From NCBI GenBank assembly GCA_048882505.1, contig JBHLRO010000002.1:360001-392000 (forward strand): DNA of 32,000 nucleotides, read 5' to 3'. The position numbers and the translations under genes were made by a program. Source of the stretch: Candidatus Thorarchaeota archaeon (GTDB lineage Archaea; Asgardarchaeota; Heimdallarchaeia; Hodarchaeales; Hodarchaeaceae). This document shows, one piece after another, positions 28,060-32,000 of this stretch (its first letter is position 1; each line of letters starts with the position of its first letter). The notes under the pieces were generated by a model. That model was given only the letters and a program-made list of their open reading frames with translations. It was not told the origin of the DNA and did no database searches.

Positions 28060-28795
28060 GATCATCACACCGAAGCGGAGGTTCATAACTAAATCCCATA
28101 AGAAACGGAAGATTCATCCCTTCTCTTTCATCGGTTATCTGGGGAGGATCCAATTAACATACAGATGTCAGACCATGCAGCAAGCGAAAGGAAAATTGCA
28201 AACTTTACTACTAATCGATAGTATTGGGAGATTCTGGAGGGAAGGATTAGGACGGGTAGAATGGTTGTCAGGAGAAGTTGGTTCCCAATTTAAACCTAGG
28301 AAAAAGAAATATTTTAGACGCGTAAAAGTCCGCCAAGGGTTACCTCATCACCTCCCCATTCATATTCAGAAACTAATTCGTTATGCCCTACTCCATGATT
28401 TTGTGCATACCTCTAAGCATAAATCCAAAATTTATGGGGAAATCAAGGTTGAAGATCTAAATGAGATCAAAAACCACCATGAAATGTCCGAGAATCCCTT
28501 GATTCAACAGTTTCAGAAGTACGATCGGATTGCCGCCAGGATGACGCGTAACATCCGTTCCCCCCGCACCAATTGCTATACTTGGGAAGCGAAGGGAACA
28601 GTGAATTTTAAAACCTTAGCGCATAAGATCGAACAGGTAGAAAGTAATGTATGGAGATTATATGGATACATCTATAAGTCAAAAGAGTTAAGCCTGTTAA
28701 ACGAAAGCTTAAATTATGGGCATTCCTCTTTGCGATATCACTTATTGTTGATCACGAATTTAATAGTGCAAGACTTTCTTAGAGGAGCTCTCTAA
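27977..28795 (+). CDS. RAMP (Cas5-like) domain fused to an HD nuclease domain
   Basis: RAMP-like start MELTLEGKILTP and Gly loop IGRFWREGLGRVEW. HD motifs ALLHDF, NHH and YDRIAA. The C-terminal SLRYHLLL His resembles the permuted His of Cas10-type HD domains. The ORF track starts at TTG 27962; ATG 27977 is more likely. Confidence 0.65.
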   Translation: MELTLEGKILTPIITKKTMFELEGCRAEIITPKRRFITKSHKKRKIHPFSFIGYLGRIQLTYRCQTMQQAKGKLQTLLLIDSIGRFWREGLGRVEWLSGEVGSQFKPRKKKYFRRVKVRQGLPHHLPIHIQKLIRYALLHDFVHTSKHKSKIYGEIKVEDLNEIKNHHEMSENPLIQQFQKYDRIAARMTRNIRSPRTNCYTWEAKGTVNFKTLAHKIEQVESNVWRLYGYIYKSKELSLLNESLNYGHSSLRYHLLLITNLIVQDFLRGAL

Positions 28796-28899
28796 GTGTT
28801 TCCTGCACATTACAGGCAGAATTCCGTTGGTTTGCTTATGAGATGAGAAGGCGTGGAAGCAAAACGTCAAAGGTTTCTGCTCCAGTCCCCGTTTCGGGG
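28796..28899 (+). ncRNA. Candidate structured non-coding RNA or element end (copy B) immediately 3' of the RAMP-HD gene
   Basis: 57/66 nt identity with copy A. Stem TTTGCTT(28831-37)/AAGCAAA(28857-63) and terminal hairpin CCCCG-TTT-CGGGG (28887-28899). Transcription is not shown. Confidence 0.45.
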
Positions 28900-28914
28900 C
28901 ATCCTTAAGAAAAA

Positions 28915-29496
28915 GTGACGAAAATGGCCACAAATGAAGAAAAAGAAAGGTCATACGGCGACCTACTAGAGGAGCTGTATGATGGCATCATACATCTACA
29001 TGGATCATTATATGAGCCTGATGAGCAATATCGTCGATTGGTTGCGATTGAAGAATCATTAGAAACTGTCCTCAACTGGATAAAGCTAGAAAAGAACAGT
29101 CTGAGGAACTATGAAATCATGGTAGAGTGGACAAAGAAACTTGCTCTAAACACTACTCTTACTACAGCTGATATTCGAAATAGGTTGCGAGTGATGGTTT
29201 TACCCCAGGCTGAATCGTTTATTCAGAATTTAATCACAGGAGAACGCAGCGCCCTTAAGGTTTTGGAAGTAGTAAACAAAAATTTGGAAGAATTACCGTT
29301 TTTTCTCAAATCTGTCAAAGACCAGAACTTTAAATTACTTCAAGCAATTGGATATGACCCAGAGGCAGAGACCTCGTATCTTGAAACTGCGCTATACAAT
29401 TTGGTAATTGGCAGATTAATGGAGTTCGAAAAATCGATTGATTTACTTCGGGCTGCGGCCAAACAAAGTACACAGATAAGTAGAGACATATTATAG
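28915..29496 (+). CDS. Hypothetical alpha-helical protein
   Basis: 193-aa ORF, likely ATG at 28924. No motif recognised. Confidence 0.6.
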   Translation: MTKMATNEEKERSYGDLLEELYDGIIHLHGSLYEPDEQYRRLVAIEESLETVLNWIKLEKNSLRNYEIMVEWTKKLALNTTLTTADIRNRLRVMVLPQAESFIQNLITGERSALKVLEVVNKNLEELPFFLKSVKDQNFKLLQAIGYDPEAETSYLETALYNLVIGRLMEFEKSIDLLRAAAKQSTQISRDIL

Positions 29497-29638
29497 ATAC
29501 CAAAGAAAAACGGTGTAAAGCCAAGTTACCTCCTCAGAACGCAAAAGTACGGGTCTACATCTCTTCATTTGGTGGAAAAGATTTCTGATCTCTCCTAATT
29601 ACCTCCCCTAGCTAAGAACTAAAATCAGGTGCAGAGTC

Positions 29639-31474
29639 ATGAAAAGTAAAAATCCCAAACTTCTGTTTATTCAAAGTATTGCACAACAGGCTCGTCGAAT
29701 GGAGCATGAAATATCCCTGGAAGCCAAATCAGTCGTTAAAAACTTGCAACAGAGGCCCAAATCGTATTATACACTCCAAGATGTGGAGGATGTCATTGAA
29801 GGGTTAAAAACAAAGATGCTAAGTTTAAATAAAGAAACCCACACTGAATTTTCAAAAAAAGGAATTAAAAGCTTAACGAATCTAGCAGATACTGAAATCG
29901 AAAAAATCTCACTAGAGATGCTTGCTTCTGGAGAGGAGGTGAAAAACATTTTAGAAGAACTAGAAACGGTTCGGGAAGAGCTTAAAGTTGTTTCGAAAGA
30001 ACGAGACGAACTCCAAGCCAAAGAGGCAGATATTCAACCGTTACGACTGGAGATCGAAAACCTTCGAATGCTTCTTGGCAAAAGAGATGAGGAGATCGCA
30101 CAATTGAAGAGTCAATCAGGGGTTTTTTCGGGGAAAGTAGAGGATCAAATGCAGGAGCTTAATCGTCTTCAGGAACAACTAGATGAAAGTCAACGAGATT
30201 TAAAGCAAGCCCGGAAGGAGCGCGAAAAAATCGAGGCTGAATTTGAAACGGTTGGCAACACTCTTATGACCACAAGGCTGGAGATTGAAGAACTCCAAAC
30301 CGCCTTGGCGAATAAAGACATTGAAATCGAGAACCTAAAAGCCGAGAATAAGGTTTTGGTTTCCCATACCGAGGAAAACGTTCATCTCAAAGATGAAAAT
30401 CAAAAACTTGGCGAAAGACTTGACCAGTTGAAAACTCAGTTTCAGGACGTAAGTAGACAAAAAACCATGTACGAGGCAACTGTCAATGAACTCAAGGAAC
30501 AAATTTCTCGACTGGAGCAAGAAAACGAGGATCTGCTTTTAGACTCTGGTGAGACCAGTCAAACGGCTGTAACGCTCAAAAATCAGTTAGACAATATAAA
30601 AAGTCAGTTAAATCAAAAAGAAAGTGAAATTCGGGAGATTACAAATCGTTTGGGAGGCGAAATTACTGCGTTAAAGGAAGAACTAGTTGAGAAATTAGCG
30701 CGAACCCAGACGGTTCAAAATAAACTGGATGAAGCCAATGAGGCCATGGAAGAACTAAGAAGGAAAAATCGCGCACTTGAGACCGAAGTGGAGGACATAA
30801 AGGTCGATCAGAAAGGGAAAAACCTTCGTATTGATTCTATTGAATCTGAGCGCGATAAATTGCGTAACCAACTTGCAGATGCAAGAATCGAGAACGAACA
30901 GCAAAAATCAGAGATTTCTAATCTCCAATCTCAAGTAAAAGCCCGTGAGCGGGAGCTGAATGTACTCCAAAATGATCTAGAAGTTATACGTCAACGTCAA
31001 GAGGAAATCGCTAAACAAGCTTCTGATTCTCGTGGAGCCAAGGCGGAAGTTGAGCGTCAAAAGGATTTATATGAGGTGCAACTCCAGAATCTTCAGTTAC
31101 AGATCGAAGATATCACAGAATCTAAAGAAAACCTTGAAAGAAAGCTTGAGGATTCAGCAAAAGAACTAGTAAGAAAGAACGACGAAATCGAGTCGTTAAT
31201 GACCAACCAAAAGCGGTTGGGGACTAGGAACGAAAAACTTTCTGCGGCAGTGGAAACGTTACGTATTAATCTTGCAAAGAATCCGAAATATGCAATTCTT
31301 TTCGTCTTACAAGACATAAAACAGGCTAGCGTCGGTGAACTAGCAAAAACCGTTGCTATCCAGCTGGTTTTTGCGGTGCGTTTGGTAAAAGAACTTGAGT
31401 CCGATGGATGGGTAGATTTCGATGAAGACCAAGGTATTGTTCGATTAAAGCGACCATTATTAGAAAATGATTAG
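29639..31474 (+). CDS. Long coiled-coil protein with a C-terminal winged-helix domain
   Basis: About 450 aa of E/K/Q/L-rich heptads. C-terminal NPKYAILFVLQDIKQASVGELAKTV...RLVKELESDGWVDFD. No Walker motifs. Confidence 0.8.
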   Translation: MKSKNPKLLFIQSIAQQARRMEHEISLEAKSVVKNLQQRPKSYYTLQDVEDVIEGLKTKMLSLNKETHTEFSKKGIKSLTNLADTEIEKISLEMLASGEEVKNILEELETVREELKVVSKERDELQAKEADIQPLRLEIENLRMLLGKRDEEIAQLKSQSGVFSGKVEDQMQELNRLQEQLDESQRDLKQARKEREKIEAEFETVGNTLMTTRLEIEELQTALANKDIEIENLKAENKVLVSHTEENVHLKDENQKLGERLDQLKTQFQDVSRQKTMYEATVNELKEQISRLEQENEDLLLDSGETSQTAVTLKNQLDNIKSQLNQKESEIREITNRLGGEITALKEELVEKLARTQTVQNKLDEANEAMEELRRKNRALETEVEDIKVDQKGKNLRIDSIESERDKLRNQLADARIENEQQKSEISNLQSQVKARERELNVLQNDLEVIRQRQEEIAKQASDSRGAKAEVERQKDLYEVQLQNLQLQIEDITESKENLERKLEDSAKELVRKNDEIESLMTNQKRLGTRNEKLSAAVETLRINLAKNPKYAILFVLQDIKQASVGELAKTVAIQLVFAVRLVKELESDGWVDFDEDQGIVRLKRPLLEND

Positions 31475-31525
31475 GTAGTAGTTCTTTCGAATTGTCAGCT
31501 TATCCAGTGGTTGGAGTGACCCGTT

Positions 31526-32000
31526 GTGGATATTGAAACCATAACAAGAGAATGTCAACTTAACCTTGTCGGCCTGGAGACTGAAATTCGATTAATACTC
31601 GCTGCCATTGAAAACCAAATTGCAGTGGTCATTGAGGGAGAATCAGGCACAGGAAAGACGGAACTTGCGAAAACAATAGCAAATGCCTTGCGGCGTCCTT
31701 TTTATCGTGTTGATGGGGATGAAAATCTGACCATCACCCACCTTAGGGGTTGGTTTGACCCTCCCCTTGTCATGCAGTCAGGATTTGGGGAAAAAAGTTT
31801 CATCCCTGGGCCTCTTGTTAAAGCAATGCAAGAAGGAGGTTTTTTTTTCTTTAACGAGGTCAATAGGGCACCCAGTGAGGCAATAAATGGTGTCTTAGCT
31901 GCGATGGATAGGACAGAACGCCAAATAGAGATTCCACAACTATCTCGGATTACGGCTGCCGAAAAATTTTATTCCATATTTACGCTTAATCCTGCTGCCT
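31526..32000 (+). CDS. MoxR/CbbQ-like AAA+ ATPase (partial, runs off the window)
   Basis: Own translation from GTG 31526: Walker A IEGESGTGKTELA, FIPGPLVKAMQEGG, Walker B variant FFFFNEVNRAP, and FTLNP. Confidence 0.85.
   Translation, partial: MDIETITRECQLNLVGLETEIRLILAAIENQIAVVIEGESGTGKTELAKTIANALRRPFYRVDGDENLTITHLRGWFDPPLVMQSGFGEKSFIPGPLVKAMQEGGFFFFNEVNRAPSEAINGVLAAMDRTERQIEIPQLSRITAAEKFYSIFTLNPAA

Noticed and set aside
28835-28848. Box C-like ATGAGATGA suggesting a C/D-box or TIGR-type RNA
   Set aside because: Not conserved in copy A (ATGAAACTA), no matching box D, and no Nop-domain gene nearby.
24200-29000. CRISPR array near the RAMP genes
   Set aside because: I found no regularly spaced direct repeats, only two copies of a longer element 4.4 kb apart.
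168-31317. Numerous 60-126 aa ORFs in the track that overlap longer genes (e.g. 2088-2372, 4184-4540, 5452-5754, 13009-13389, 26882-27121)
   Set aside because: Antisense or alternate-frame shadows of well-supported genes, with no protein motifs.
29639-31474. SMC/Rad50 chromosome segregation ATPase
   Set aside because: No Walker A/B, signature motif, hinge or zinc hook; only coiled coil plus winged helix.
1-32000. tRNA or rRNA genes
   Set aside because: No cloverleaf or rRNA-like sequence was seen in any intergenic gap.

Overview
The window looks like archaeal chromosomal DNA, probably from an Asgard-type archaeon. That assignment is inferred from a DGGGP-synthase-like UbiA enzyme, a coiled-coil/winged-helix protein, a zinc-ribbon membrane protein and an array-less RAMP module; no marker gene is present. 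Most of it is metabolic: two aldehyde dehydrogenases, a mycobacterial Sdh1-type (type F) succinate dehydrogenase operon, a cyclodeaminase/mu-crystallin, an aminotransferase, a 2-hydroxyacid dehydrogenase, an ArsR-SRPBCC pair and several hydrolases. Two accessory loci stand out. (1) A free-standing multi-HTH LAGLIDADG endonuclease has apparently inserted into the 3' end of an ALDH7-type gene. It supplies a recoded replacement C-terminus (1621-1746), and the canonical C-terminus is left orphaned downstream (3528-3653). (2) A Cas7-like RAMP gene and a RAMP-HD nuclease fusion (27425-28795) occur with no CRISPR array or cas1. They are followed by a structured non-coding element. A decayed paralogue of the gene 3' end plus the same element lies about 4.4 kb upstream (24266-24517), and there the non-coding core (57/66 nt identical) is better conserved than the protein remnant (21/42 aa identical). 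All alignments and family calls were made by eye, without database searches.
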